The notes beneath the pieces were generated by a model. It ran no database searches, had not been told where the DNA came from, and saw nothing but the letters and a program-made list of their open reading frames with translations. 59,418 bases of DNA from an uncultured Gammaproteobacteria bacterium (GTDB taxonomy: Bacteria; Patescibacteriota; Patescibacteriia; JACPHY01): contig CAZPCZ010000002.1 of the NCBI GenBank assembly GCA_964585225.1, positions 1 through 59,418 on the forward strand, given 5' to 3'. Positions 27,808-38,500 of this stretch are shown in pieces (the first letter of the stretch is position 1; every line of letters starts with the position of its first letter). The position numbers and the translations under genes are program-made.

Positions 27808-27814
27808 ACAGAGG

Positions 27815-28231
27815 CTAGCCAGCGGTCGCGTTGGTAATACGCAGGAGCACCGCCAAGCTGATCGCCCAGGCGCTGAGCACGATCGCGAGGCCGATGATCG
27901 ATCGCTTGATGATGTTCTTCGCCTTCGTGATCTGCTCCTCATTCCCCGACGCGGTCATCCAGAGGTAACCGGCGTACACCATCTGCGCAACGAGGATGAC
28001 CCCGATGAGCGTGGTCGCATACCTAATGATGCCACCGATGATCCTCGCGAATCGGTACTCATCCGTATCACTGTCGAACCCCGCGGAACCCGCGGTCCGC
28101 TGGAGACGACCGCGGAGGCTTCCCGGCGTGGCACCGGCGGGCGCCGGTTCATCGGCGAGTGCGAGTGGTGCAGCGTGGATCAGTACAATCGCGACCACGC
28201 TCGTCACCGCGAGGATGCGCAGGAATCGCAT
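27815..28231 (-). CDS. CPR-type pilin
   Basis: YAGYLWMTASGNEEQITKAKNIIKRSIIG. Confidence 0.85.
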   Translation of the reverse strand: MRFLRILAVTSVVAIVLIHAAPLALADEPAPAGATPGSLRGRLQRTAGSAGFDSDTDEYRFARIIGGIIRYATTLIGVILVAQMVYAGYLWMTASGNEEQITKAKNIIKRSIIGLAIVLSAWAISLAVLLRITNATAG

Positions 28232-28251
28232 AGTACGAGCACGCGCTCGAG

Positions 28252-28671
28252 CTAGCCGCGGGCCTGCTCGAGCCGGGAGATGATGAACACGGTGATCGCG
28301 TACGCGGCGAGCGTGATGACGAGGCCGATCGTGCCGCCGGAGATCATCTTCTTCGCCTGCGTGATCTTCTCCTCCTCGCCGTGCGCGGTCATCCAGAGGT
28401 ACCCCGCCCACACGATGTACCCGAAGAAAATGACGCCGGCGAGCGAGAGCGCGGCTTTGATGAGCTTCCCGATCGTGTCCTCAAGTGCGCCTTCCCGCAC
28501 GCTTCCTGCCTGGCCTGCCTTTCCGGCGACCGTCCCGAGCTGGGTACCGGCGTTCGTGAACGGATTCTCCCTCATGTGCGCGACGAGCGGCAGCGCGAGC
28601 GCGCCCACCACCATCGCGGACGACACCCATGCCACGCAGCGGCGTACACGGATGGAAGGGCTCGGCATCAT
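28252..28671 (-). CDS. CPR-type pilin
   Basis: WAGYLWMTAHGEEEKITQAKKMISGGTIG. Confidence 0.85.
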   Translation of the reverse strand: MMPSPSIRVRRCVAWVSSAMVVGALALPLVAHMRENPFTNAGTQLGTVAGKAGQAGSVREGALEDTIGKLIKAALSLAGVIFFGYIVWAGYLWMTAHGEEEKITQAKKMISGGTIGLVITLAAYAITVFIISRLEQARG

Positions 28672-28693
28672 AGCCTCAGGAACGCGCAGGATG

Positions 28694-29140
28694 TCACCCT
28701 CCCGCCGCAGGAGCGGCAGCTGGCGTCGCGCCCTGCGCCTCAGTGATCCGGTTGATGACGAAGCTCGTGATCGCGAATGCGAGGCCGATGATGACGACCC
28801 CGATGATCGCGGACTCGATGATCTTCTTCGCCTTCGCCACATCCTCCTGGTTCCCGCGCGCCTGCATCCACATGAACCCGCCGTAGATGATGAGGATGAC
28901 GAAGATAATCCCGGTGAGCGAGAGCGCCGCGTAGATGATGGTCCCGACAATGACCGGCAGCGGCGTCGCGGTTGTCCCGAGCCCCGCGGTGTTCGCGGTG
29001 CCACTAAGCCCCTGCCGTGTGAGGTCCGCCGCGCTCTCCCGCGCGGAGGCTGGTTGCACGAATACGAAGGCCACCGCGAGCAGCGCTGCCGCGGTGACCA
29101 CCGTGAAAGCCGAGTGGATACGCGGGCGGACCACCCGCAT
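28694..29140 (-). CDS. CPR-type pilin
   Basis: YGGFMWMQARGNQEDVAKAKKIIESAIIG. Confidence 0.85.
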   Translation of the reverse strand: MRVVRPRIHSAFTVVTAAALLAVAFVFVQPASARESAADLTRQGLSGTANTAGLGTTATPLPVIVGTIIYAALSLTGIIFVILIIYGGFMWMQARGNQEDVAKAKKIIESAIIGVVIIGLAFAITSFVINRITEAQGATPAAAPAAGG

Positions 29141-29162
29141 ACAAATCGCTCTGGTACTCAGT

Positions 29163-29558
29163 TTAATCCGCTGCCGCCGTGACGAGCGATCGGATGACGA
29201 ACTGCGCGATTGCGAACGACGTGAGGATGATCGCGAGCCCGATGATGCCGGAAAAGATGAGCTTCTTCGCCTTCTCCACCTTCTCCTCGTTCCCGGCTGC
29301 GGTCATCCAAATGAAGCCGCCAGCGAGGATGATGACGACCGCGACGATGCCGAGGAGGCCCATCGCGACGTTAATGATCCGCGCGACGACCTCGCGGACA
29401 TCACGGGTCGAGAGGCCGGTCGCGGTCCCGTAGTTGATGCCGGTGTCGATCCCACCGGCGAACGCCGTGAGTGGGAGGATGAGCGAGAGCCCAACCGTTG
29501 CGGCCGTCGCGGCGACCTTCCGCGCGAGGCGCGCTCGGTCCGTGTGCGTGGTGCGCAT
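29163..29558 (-). CDS. CPR-type pilin
   Basis: LAGGFIWMTAAGNEEKVEKAKKLIFSGIIG. Confidence 0.85.
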   Translation of the reverse strand: MRTTHTDRARLARKVAATAATVGLSLILPLTAFAGGIDTGINYGTATGLSTRDVREVVARIINVAMGLLGIVAVVIILAGGFIWMTAAGNEEKVEKAKKLIFSGIIGLAIILTSFAIAQFVIRSLVTAAAD

Positions 29559-29609
29559 AGTGATGAGATGAGACTTGAGTCGTGAGTTATGAGTGAAGGT
29601 TGTGGATAA

Positions 29610-30038
29610 TTACGAGCTCGTGAGCGCGCCGATGACGAAATTCACGATAGCGTAGGCGGCAAACGTGATCGCGATGCCTAAGACTGCCCACACCATCGTA
29701 TCCTTCCCCTTCTGTATCTTCTCAGCTGCGCCACCCGACGTCAACCACGTGAATCCACCGTAGATGAACATGAGGAGCGCAAGAGACCCGAGGATACCGA
29801 AGAACGCCCGGAGCACGTTCCCGAGGATCGTGGGGATATCGGCGGATGGGAGCGGGTTGTCGAGGCCGGTGCCGGTCCCACCACCTCCGCCGCTTCCGCT
29901 CGGACAGGGAGGGAGCGGTGTCACCGGACCGTGTGCTGGTTGACCCGGACAGTGGAATGCCACTGCGCCGAACGGTACCGCGAGCACCACCGCAAGCGCG
30001 AAGAGGAGGATCGTCGTGCGGATGTAGTACGGACGCAT
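29610..30038 (-). CDS. CPR-type pilin
   Basis: LDNPL...YGGFTWLTSGGAAEKIQKGKDTMVWAVLG. Confidence 0.85.
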   Translation of the reverse strand: MRPYYIRTTILLFALAVVLAVPFGAVAFHCPGQPAHGPVTPLPPCPSGSGGGGGTGTGLDNPLPSADIPTILGNVLRAFFGILGSLALLMFIYGGFTWLTSGGAAEKIQKGKDTMVWAVLGIAITFAAYAIVNFVIGALTSS

Positions 30039-30052
30039 ACCGACAACCAATG

Positions 30053-30595
30053 TTACGGACGGCCACCTCGCGGCGCGTTGCACCTGGTCTCCGTCCACGT
30101 ACCACCGAGCACTTCGGCAACCCCACACCGGTTCACGCGGCCGGTGAGCGAGGCGAGGAGCGTGTTCACGATCACCCAGGCTCCAAAGATAATGATAATC
30201 CCAACGACCGCCGCGACCAAGGTCTTCTTCCCCTTCTCAATCCGCTCGGCGGTCCCGGCGGCCGTGAGCCACCAGAACCCGCCGACTGCGAACATAAGGA
30301 GTGCGAGCGATCCTGTGATCCAGAAGATGAACCGCGACGCCTCGACCGCGAGCTTCGTGAAGTCCTCGAGCTTGCAGTCCCCACAGCACGCGCAGTTCGG
30401 GTTCGTGATGAACGTCCGCTGCTGATTCCGACACTCGGTGCTCGGCACGTTGTTCACGCACTGCTGGGCGAGCGCTGGCGTTGGAAGTAAAAAGTAGGAA
30501 GTAAGAAGGAAGAAGACGGGGAGCATGATGATCCCCCACCCCCTCCAGCTCCCCCTCCCCCGGGAGGGGGAAAAAACGTAGTTCTGCATTCTCAC
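30053..30595 (-). CDS. CPR-type pilin, Cys-rich variant
   Basis: CACCGDCKLEDF...VGGFWWLTAAGTAERIEKGKKTLVAAVVG; repeat-derived N-terminus. Confidence 0.8.
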   Translation of the reverse strand: MRMQNYVFSPSRGRGSWRGWGIIMLPVFFLLTSYFLLPTPALAQQCVNNVPSTECRNQQRTFITNPNCACCGDCKLEDFTKLAVEASRFIFWITGSLALLMFAVGGFWWLTAAGTAERIEKGKKTLVAAVVGIIIIFGAWVIVNTLLASLTGRVNRCGVAEVLGGTWTETRCNAPRGGRP

Positions 30596-32049
30596 AGAGT
30601 TTGATTTACCTTTTCGGCGGTGAGCTGGAGCGCCTGGTTGGGGTCCGCGCTGCGGAGCACGTCATCCATGAGCTCATGGAACGCGGTTTCCGCGGCCTCC
30701 GGCTGCACCCCGCGGTACCACGTGCGACTGGTGAGGAGCTGGGCGGCGAAGACTTTCAGCTGCGGATCCTGGAGCTGCTCGGCGACGAGGCTCCGGAGCG
30801 CGGTCGGCCGCTGGGCAGCCGCGAGGACCTGCTTCACGACCGGGGTCTTCGTCGCCATGAAATTGACGAGATCCCACGTCTCGTTCGGGTGCTTCGTGCG
30901 CTCGGAGACGGTCTGGAGCCAGAGGTTCGCGTAGTTGATCGCGACGGCCTGAGTCCCCTCGATGACGTCGCTTCCGACGACGGTGCCGGTCGTCGGGTCC
31001 ACCGCCGCCGCGATGTGTGGAATGCCGGTGACGCTCAGGTTGATGCGCGGCGCGCGCGCCGTGATGATCGGCCGGTGGTAGCTGTAGCCGAAGAAGTACG
31101 CAACGCGTCCCTGGAGGAACGCTTCGAGGGAATCCGGCTGCTCCGCGTTCCAGGTGTAGATGAGCTTCGTCGGGTTCGCGAAGTCCGTGTAGTAGAGGAG
31201 CGCGTCGAGTCCCGGCGGCGTCTGGCGCGTGCCGGAGAGCGCGGAGGGAATCTGGTGAAAGCGCACCTCGCCATCCGGCGTTGCCATGACCGCACCGTTC
31301 TGCATCATGAGGAGCGAGAGGAGATCGAACGACCGCTGGACGTTGCGAGCAGTGCCGATCGCCGCACCAGACTGGACGAGCTTGCCGGCAGCGTCGAGCT
31401 TCGTGAGTCGTGGGATGTGCGTCTGGAGCTCCGTCCACGTCTTCGCCGGCTCCGGGATGCCGGCGGCGTTCAGGAGATCGCGGTTCGCGTACGTCACGAG
31501 CGTATCGACGGCGAGCGGGAGGCCGAACACCGCAGGCTCGGATGCCTTCCCCTCGACGGGCTCGGTCTCGAACACCGCGTCCTGGACGACCGCATCGAGG
31601 AAGAGGTTCCCGAGCTCCGACGGCGCGGGGAGCCGCGTCGTGCGGAGCTCTGCGTAGAGCTCCTTCTTCACGCTCCCACGCAACTCCTTGAACGGCATCG
31701 TCACCGCGCGCGGCGCCGGGAGGAGCTTCGAGCGGTACTTCCGCGCCCACGATGACGGCAGCGCGAAGATGTCTGGCCCCTTGAAGTCCCCCTCTGCGAT
31801 CGCATTGAGGAGCCGGCGTTCGTACTCGTCGAACCGGAACCGACGGTACGTGATCGACACGTGCGGGTTGATCTTCCGGTACTCGTCGAGGATCGGTTGC
31901 ACCTCATCTTCGGTCTCCTGCACGCCCCACCATTCGAGCTGGACGGGCTTCAAGCGCGCCGCGACATCCTTCGGGATGCCTTTCTTGCAGCCAGCGCCGA
32001 GGAGCAGCAGAGCAGCAGAGCAGCAGAGCAGCAGTGCCTTGAATCTCAT
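30592..32049 (-). CDS. Extracellular solute-binding lipoprotein (family 1, sugar-binding-like)
   Basis: Lipobox LGAG-C, GPDIFAL, FGLPLAVDTLVTYANRDLL; (GAGCAGCA)x4 repeat at 32002-32033 in the signal peptide. Confidence 0.88.
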   Translation of the reverse strand: MRFKALLLCCSAALLLLGAGCKKGIPKDVAARLKPVQLEWWGVQETEDEVQPILDEYRKINPHVSITYRRFRFDEYERRLLNAIAEGDFKGPDIFALPSSWARKYRSKLLPAPRAVTMPFKELRGSVKKELYAELRTTRLPAPSELGNLFLDAVVQDAVFETEPVEGKASEPAVFGLPLAVDTLVTYANRDLLNAAGIPEPAKTWTELQTHIPRLTKLDAAGKLVQSGAAIGTARNVQRSFDLLSLLMMQNGAVMATPDGEVRFHQIPSALSGTRQTPPGLDALLYYTDFANPTKLIYTWNAEQPDSLEAFLQGRVAYFFGYSYHRPIITARAPRINLSVTGIPHIAAAVDPTTGTVVGSDVIEGTQAVAINYANLWLQTVSERTKHPNETWDLVNFMATKTPVVKQVLAAAQRPTALRSLVAEQLQDPQLKVFAAQLLTSRTWYRGVQPEAAETAFHELMDDVLRSADPNQALQLTAEKVNQTL

Positions 32050-32915
32050 ACAATTCCTTTCAAGAACGTCCGGAATTTTCCGTTCAGGTCCGGGTGACGG
32101 AGCGCGAACGCGACGTTCGCTTCGAGGAACCCGAGCTTGTCCCCGCACCCGTACCACTTCCCCGCGATCTCCCGAGCGAAGAGCGGCTCGCCCTTTCCGA
32201 TTGCGGTGATGAATGCGTCCGCGAGGCGGATCTCTCCGTCCTTCCCCGGTCGCTGCTGTCGGAGGATCTTCGCGACGGCCGGCGTGATGAGGTACCGACC
32301 GAGCACCGCGAGATTCGTCGGTGCATCGGCCGGTTTCGGTTTCTCGACGAACTCCCGCACCGCGTACGTCCGCGGACCCACGCGCTTCCCGGCGATGACG
32401 CCGTAGAGGTGCGTCTCCTCGCGCGGAATCGCCGAGACCGCGACGACGGATCCGCCGCGCTCACGGTGGCACGCGATGAGCTGTGCGATGCCGGGGGTCT
32501 TCGCATCCACGATGTCGTCGCCGAAGAGCACCGCGACGGTCTCGTCGTCGTCCACGAACGGGAGCGCGCACGCGACCGCATGTCCGTCGCCGAGCGGCTT
32601 CGGTTGTCGCACGAATGCGAACGCCGCGAGCTTTCCGATCGCCGCGATCTCCTTGAGCTCCTGGCGCTTCCGCTTCTGCTCGAGGCGGTACTCGAGCTCG
32701 AAATTCCGATCGAAGTGGTCCTCAATCGCGCGTTTCCCGATCGCGGTGACGAAGATGATCTCCTCAATCCCCGCAGCGACCGCCTCCTCGACGATGTACT
32801 GGATGACCGGCTTGTCCACGACCGGCAGCATCTCCTTCGGCTGCGCCTTCGTGGCCGGCAGGAAGCGCGTGCCTAAGCCCCCGACCGGGATGATCGCCTT
32901 GCGAATCTTCGTCAT
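32046..32915 (-). CDS. galU: UTP-glucose-1-phosphate uridylyltransferase
   Basis: KAIIPVGGLGTRFLPATKAQPKEMLPVVDKP, FVEKP, EIRLADA. Confidence 0.95.
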   Translation of the reverse strand: MTKIRKAIIPVGGLGTRFLPATKAQPKEMLPVVDKPVIQYIVEEAVAAGIEEIIFVTAIGKRAIEDHFDRNFELEYRLEQKRKRQELKEIAAIGKLAAFAFVRQPKPLGDGHAVACALPFVDDDETVAVLFGDDIVDAKTPGIAQLIACHRERGGSVVAVSAIPREETHLYGVIAGKRVGPRTYAVREFVEKPKPADAPTNLAVLGRYLITPAVAKILRQQRPGKDGEIRLADAFITAIGKGEPLFAREIAGKWYGCGDKLGFLEANVAFALRHPDLNGKFRTFLKGIV

Positions 32916-32968
32916 GTGCGCAGGAATCGTGGTACCGTATCCACAGTATAGCGTACCACACGGAGGGG

Positions 32969-32997
32969 TTGACGAACGAACGGTTCCGTGCTATCCT
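32969..32997 (+). promoter_or_regulatory. sigma70-like promoter, probably yielding a near-leaderless mRNA
   Basis: TTGACG-17-TATCCT; ATG 8 nt after the -10. Confidence 0.6.
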
Positions 32998-33005
32998 AAG
33001 CTGTT

Positions 33006-34550
33006 ATGACCAAGCCTATTGATCGGCTCCCAGACGATGCTGAGCCGACCGAAGTGGAACCCCGCCCGCGCGGCGCGCAACCGGACGAGATCGAACTCGT
33101 TGAGGCCGAGCCCGTAGCGCTCGAGGTTGGCGTCGTGACGGACAAGAACTTCGAGAAGGGCCCGAACAATGAGGACGCCGTGCTCGTGGACGAACGGTCC
33201 GACACGTACGGCGTGCTCGACGGGATGGGCGGCGCTGCGGCCGGCGAGGTCGCCTCATCGCGCGCCTCGGAGTTCATCCGCGAGCACCTCGTGCGCATGC
33301 CGAAGGGCATCGCTCACGATGGCGCGCAAGTGGCCGACTACCTCCGCAGTGCGATTGTCCAGGCTGGTGGCAAGCTCCAGATCATGGTGGAGGCTGACCC
33401 GAAGCTCAAGGGCATGGGGACGACGTGCTCGATCATGCACGTCCTCAAGGACCGCGAGAGCGGGAGGCCAAAGGAGCTCATCACCGCGCAGGTCGGCGAC
33501 AGTCGCGTGTACCGGCTCCGGGCCGGTAGACTCGAGCGGATCACGAAGGACCAGTCGCTCATCCAGCAGATGATCGACAAAGGGCATCGCGTCGACGGCC
33601 AGCTCCTCCCGCCGGATGCAGATCAGGTTGGCGACCCCGAGGTGGATCGGCGGATGACCGATGCGCAGCGCGCGACCATCATGGAGTTTCGGAATCGCAT
33701 CTCGAGCGCGCTCGGTTACCCGAACGTCCGCGTTGACGTCACGCGAACCCCCATTGAGGAGGGTGACGAGTTCATCGCGATCAGTGACGGGGTCGGCGAC
33801 TGCCTCACCGATCGAGAGATCGCAACGATCGCCCGAGAGTACTCCGGCGATCCGGTGCGCATTTCGAAGGCGCTCGTCGCGGCATCGCAGGAACGCGTGA
33901 AGGCGAAGGACAAGGCGTGGATAGCGGGCCGCGAGGTCGATGCGCTCACGGACCGCGGCAAGGACGACGACCGGAGCGCGGTCGCCATCCGCATCGTCGA
34001 ACGATCGCCTGTCCCACCGACGATGCTCGAGGCGTGGCGCAGCAAGCACGACGATACGCTCGATGGGATGGTGAGGGAGTACCAGCAGATCCTCCAGGAC
34101 CGGATGCGCGGGAATCGGGGAAGCCCAGGACAGGTCTCCCGAGCGCGAGGTTTGCGCGATAGGTACGAACAGGCGCAGACGGACACCGCGCGCGCGGCGG
34201 TGATCGCGAAGGATACCGCGTACAAGCAGGCCGCGCTCGACGCGATTGACACCATCCTCATTGAACGACACGTCCCGCAGGAGACACTCGCCCAGTGGCA
34301 GGCGATGCCGAGCTCTGACCTCGAGGGCAGTGCGGTGGAGTACCGAAAGATCCTCGACGCGTACGGCCGTGGCGAGCGAAATCCGCGCATCGTCGCTCTG
34401 GCAATGTCTCGCGCGCACGGCATGCGCGATGCCTACAAGCAAGCGAGGACCGATGCGCAGCGCGAGGAGCTCATCCGGCGCGACTGGCGCTACAAACGCG
34501 CCGCCCTCGTCGCGATCCACCGCATCCTTGCGCAGCGGCAGGATTCCTGA
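33006..34550 (+). CDS. PP2C-family Ser/Thr phosphatase with duplicated C-terminal helical domain
   Basis: NNEDA, VLDGMGG, VGDSRVY, SDGVGD, DDRSAV motifs. Confidence 0.9.
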   Translation: MTKPIDRLPDDAEPTEVEPRPRGAQPDEIELVEAEPVALEVGVVTDKNFEKGPNNEDAVLVDERSDTYGVLDGMGGAAAGEVASSRASEFIREHLVRMPKGIAHDGAQVADYLRSAIVQAGGKLQIMVEADPKLKGMGTTCSIMHVLKDRESGRPKELITAQVGDSRVYRLRAGRLERITKDQSLIQQMIDKGHRVDGQLLPPDADQVGDPEVDRRMTDAQRATIMEFRNRISSALGYPNVRVDVTRTPIEEGDEFIAISDGVGDCLTDREIATIAREYSGDPVRISKALVAASQERVKAKDKAWIAGREVDALTDRGKDDDRSAVAIRIVERSPVPPTMLEAWRSKHDDTLDGMVREYQQILQDRMRGNRGSPGQVSRARGLRDRYEQAQTDTARAAVIAKDTAYKQAALDAIDTILIERHVPQETLAQWQAMPSSDLEGSAVEYRKILDAYGRGERNPRIVALAMSRAHGMRDAYKQARTDAQREELIRRDWRYKRAALVAIHRILAQRQDS

Positions 34551-34565
34551 GCATCACAAATGAGT

Positions 34566-34592
34566 AGCAGCCCCGACAATGTCGGGGCTGCT
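34566..34592. terminator. Bidirectional hairpin terminator
   Basis: AGCAGCCCCGAC-aat-GTCGGGGCTGCT between convergent genes. Confidence 0.7.
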
Positions 34593-34606
34593 CGGTTGTT
34601 GCGCCG

Positions 34607-35359
34607 TCACGCGTCGGCAGCCTCGCTCAAGCCCTCCTCGTCCGCGAGCGCGCTCGCGCAGTAGACGTTCCGCACGCGGAGCGGGGGCAGCATGCCGGTG
34701 TCGAGCATGAGCGCCGTGATGTTCGAGAGGCCCGTCGTCGGGTCGCTGCGGACCGCCTCGCGGAATGTCGCCTCGGTGGCATCGTCCGCAGGGACGAGCT
34801 CGAGCTCATGCCGGTACACCTGCGCGATGGTGACGCGGCCGGAACACTGTATCGGCTCCTCTCGCTCGGAGATCGCGACCGCGTACCGCGCGTCCCGAAG
34901 GAACGCCTCCGGGAGCGCATCAGCGTGCTCGATCGCGACGCGCAGCGACGCTGGGTCGTCGGCCACTCGAATCGTGCACCTCGTGATCCGCCCGCGATGG
35001 TACTCCTCGAGGAGCAGCTGGAGCGGGAAGGCGGTACCGGGCTGGGTCGGTCGCCGCTCGATCACTGAGAGGAGCGCAGGGGATGCCTGCGCCCGCCATG
35101 CGGCATGGCGGCTCATGAGCTTCGGGTGATCGGGGATGAGCGTGAGCGCGCGGTTCAAGACCGCGAACGCCTTGAGGATCGAACCGTCCGCCCAGCAGAG
35201 GTCGGCGGTGACCACGGAGAGCGCGATCGCCTCTGCGGTCTCGCCCGCCTCGATGAGGAGCCCGATGAGCGGGAGGTGGATGCGGTGGACGTCTCGGGAC
35301 CCCTCGGCGATCTTGCCGCGGAGCCAATTGATCTCCGCTGCGCGTGCCTCGTGGTCCAT
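34607..35359 (-). CDS. Hypothetical protein with TPR-like N-terminus
   Basis: KAFAVLNRALTLIPDHP TPR-like helix pair. Confidence 0.65.
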   Translation of the reverse strand: MDHEARAAEINWLRGKIAEGSRDVHRIHLPLIGLLIEAGETAEAIALSVVTADLCWADGSILKAFAVLNRALTLIPDHPKLMSRHAAWRAQASPALLSVIERRPTQPGTAFPLQLLLEEYHRGRITRCTIRVADDPASLRVAIEHADALPEAFLRDARYAVAISEREEPIQCSGRVTIAQVYRHELELVPADDATEATFREAVRSDPTTGLSNITALMLDTGMLPPLRVRNVYCASALADEEGLSEAADA

Positions 35360-35438
35360 GGTGTGGTCCTCTCGTTGGTGAAAGGAACGGATTGAGCTTC
35401 GCCGCGACCATAACGTGAACGACGCGCTTGGTCAAGAG

Positions 35439-35496
35439 AGAAAATCCCACCTCGACGGTGGGATTTTCTATTCCTTATTCCTGATTCCTCATTCCC
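35439..35496 (-). terminator. Terminator hairpin plus heptamer array
   Basis: AGAAAATCCCACC-tcgac-GGTGGGATTTTCT, then TATTCCT TATTCCT GATTCCT CATTCCC. Confidence 0.65.
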
Positions 35497-35505
35497 GCCT
35501 GTGTG

Positions 35506-38500
35506 TCACGGCCCTCCGCCCGCAACGATCGGCGTCGCGAGGCCACTCAGGATTGCGCCGAGGATGGAGCGGAACGGCGAGGCGACCGTTCGTGCTGGTG
35601 TCGCCGACGCCGCGCCGCCGACCGTGAACGTCTGCTCCCGACAGTTGTTCTCCTCGTTGGCCTCCTCCACGTCTTCCGCGACGTCCGCGCACACTTCGAT
35701 CCGGTGCGTGCCTGCGACTGCGGCCTCTCCCTGCCACGTCACCGTCTTCGTTGTTCCCGCAGCGATCGCGGGCACATCCTCTGGTTCCGGCGCGCCCTCG
35801 AGATCATCATCGTCCCCGAGGTCGAGTGAGAGGTATGCCACCGATGCATCCGATGCTGCTCCACCGATGTTTCGCACGACTGCCGTGAAGGTGAGCGCGG
35901 CGTCTCCAACCACTGGCTTCGCGGGGGTGACCGAAATCCGCTCGACGACGAGGTCGGCCTGCTTCGGCGCGACCGGCTCCGGCGCACGCACGACCACGTT
36001 GACCGCCGAGCAGTTGTTCTGCTCGTTGGACTCGGTGATCAGCTTCATGTTATCCACGCACACGGAGATGCGGTGTGACCCGGCTTGCGGCTTCCAGTGG
36101 TAGGAGCGGTCCTTCGGATCGTTCCAATGGAATTCCTGCGACTCGCCGGGCGCGAGGTCGCGCACGACGGGTTGCGCGAGCTGGGTGCGATACTTGCTGT
36201 CGGTCCAGATGTCGAAACTCACCGAACTCACGGTACCGACCGAGATGGTGCTTCGATTCACAACGCGAACGGTGAACGTGACGGTGTCTCCCGGCTTGGG
36301 TTGCGTCGGCGTCATGGTGAACGCGTCGAGCGCGAGATCGGGTTGCGTCGCTGGTTTCGGCTGCACCGTCACCCGCACGGTGTCCGTCGCGGTGAGACCG
36401 CCGTTATCCGTGACCGTGAGCGTCACCTCGTGCGTTCCGACCGGCACGTCACGCCAGTACGGGAACTGGCCGGTCGCCACCTCTCGTCCGGCAACCGTCC
36501 ACGCCCACTTCACGATCTTCCCATCGGGATCCTTGGAATTCCTACTGTAGAATCGGGTCATCTCCTTCCCGTCTCCATCATCATCGCGTTCAGTGATGTC
36601 CTCGCCGGCATCCGCGACTGGTAGCTGGTTCGCTGTGGTCGCGAGCTTCGCGCGGTCGAGCCACGCGTCGTTATTTTGCTCATTCGCCTCATCGACCTTC
36701 CGGCTGCCATCGAGGAAAATCCGGAGGCGCGTACCGTCCGTCGGGGGGTCGCGGAGAATCCTCGAGGCCTTCTGTGACCCGTCGAGCGGCACGACGACCG
36801 TCGTCTCTTTCCCCGCCGCAATCGCCGGGAGGTCCACCGCGCCGCTCGACGGGAGCGCGCCCTTCACACCGAACCACATGAGCCAGGCATCCGTCGCCTT
36901 CGCATCTGCCGTACCGACGTTCCGTGCTCCGAGGTGGAGCGCACCATCACGCACCTCGACGTCCGAGACCACGAGGTCCGACTGCGACGGGAGGACGACA
37001 CGTGCGGTATTGTTCCGCTCGTCGGATTCCGCGATGGCACCCTTCGGATCCACGGCGATCTCGAGTGCGACCGAACCATTCGGCATGTCCCGGAGGAACC
37101 GGAAGATGCCGAACGCACGCGCGTTCGCGATCGGGAGCTCGACCGGGTACGATGCCCCGGGTTTGAGCGTCCCGACCGCCGCCTCGATCTCCGACGTCGC
37201 AAGCGCCTCGCTGTTCTTCCCGCGCCACACGAACTGCCACATGACGCGCTCCGCCGTCCCTTTCCCCACGTTCACGATCGTCACTTTCAGTTTCTCGCGG
37301 CTGAGCGCTGCGTCGCGGAGGATGAGGTCGGGCCTGAGCAGAACCAGATTCGGGAGCAACACCGAGTTGTTCTGCTCGTTCGCTTCCGCATGCGCGTTCG
37401 GCCCATCAATCGTGAGCTTGAGGTGCGTCGCGGATTCCGGAGCGTTGGCAACGAACTCGCCGAGGAATATTTTCCCGCGCTCCCCGTCGAGATCGGCGAA
37501 ATCAAGGAGCTGATTCCCCTCGCTCGTCGTTCTCGGCCCCATGCCGCCGATGTTGATCCACCGGAGCTCGCTGACGCGCCGCCCCGCCGCATCTACCCAC
37601 TCGTACCAGAAGGAAACCCCGGGCCGGGCCTCGCCGTCGCCGCGGTTGTGGTACTGGAATCGAAGCGCCGCGGTATCGAACGTCGCCTTCGTGATCGTGA
37701 GATCGGGGAGCTTTGGTGTCTCTCGTTTCGGCGGTGACCACCCATCGAATGTTGTACGGTTGTTCGTTTCATCAGACTCGGCAATGCGGTTCTCCGGATC
37801 AATGACGATCTCGAGCTGTGTCGCTCCGGCAGGCTTCGGCTGCGCGAGCCATTTGCCGAGCGGAACATCTGTATCCGACGAGGCTCCGGAAGATCCCCAA
37901 GCCTTCAGCGCGGGCCGAGTACCCTCGTATGGCGTACCCAGCCGCTTGCCAGACGCGTCCACCCAGTACATCGCCCAAGAAAACTCCGGAGAGCCCACTG
38001 CGCTTTCGAGATTTTTATATTCAACCGCCAACCACGACCTTCCTTCTGGGATGAAAACCCGAGAAAATGTCAGGTCCGGCCTTTTGAGCGCTGATTCGGG
38101 GATGGCAATCTCTACCGCGTTGTTCCCCTCGTCCTTCTCCGCGACGGTGTTCTTCGGGTCCACGGTGACGCGAAGTTTCACCGCGCCCCGCGGCGGTGCG
38201 AAGAACGAGGCGGGGATCCCGTACGCCACCCTGGTATCCTGAGCGCCGACTACGCCTTTCGGCAGCAGCTTGGGCGTGAAGGTCTCCGGTTCTTGACGGG
38301 CGAGCGTCGTGCCATTGGTATCGAGCCATTCCACGAGGGTGACGAAGGAGAACTTGCCGCTCACGGCATCACCAATGTTCTCCTGTTTCCATGTGATGGC
38401 ATCTCCCGTGTGCGCGAGATTCGTGACCGCAAGGTCCGGGCGGTGCGCCGGTATCGTGATGGTAACGATGTTGTTCCCCTCGTCCGACTCTCCGATCGTA

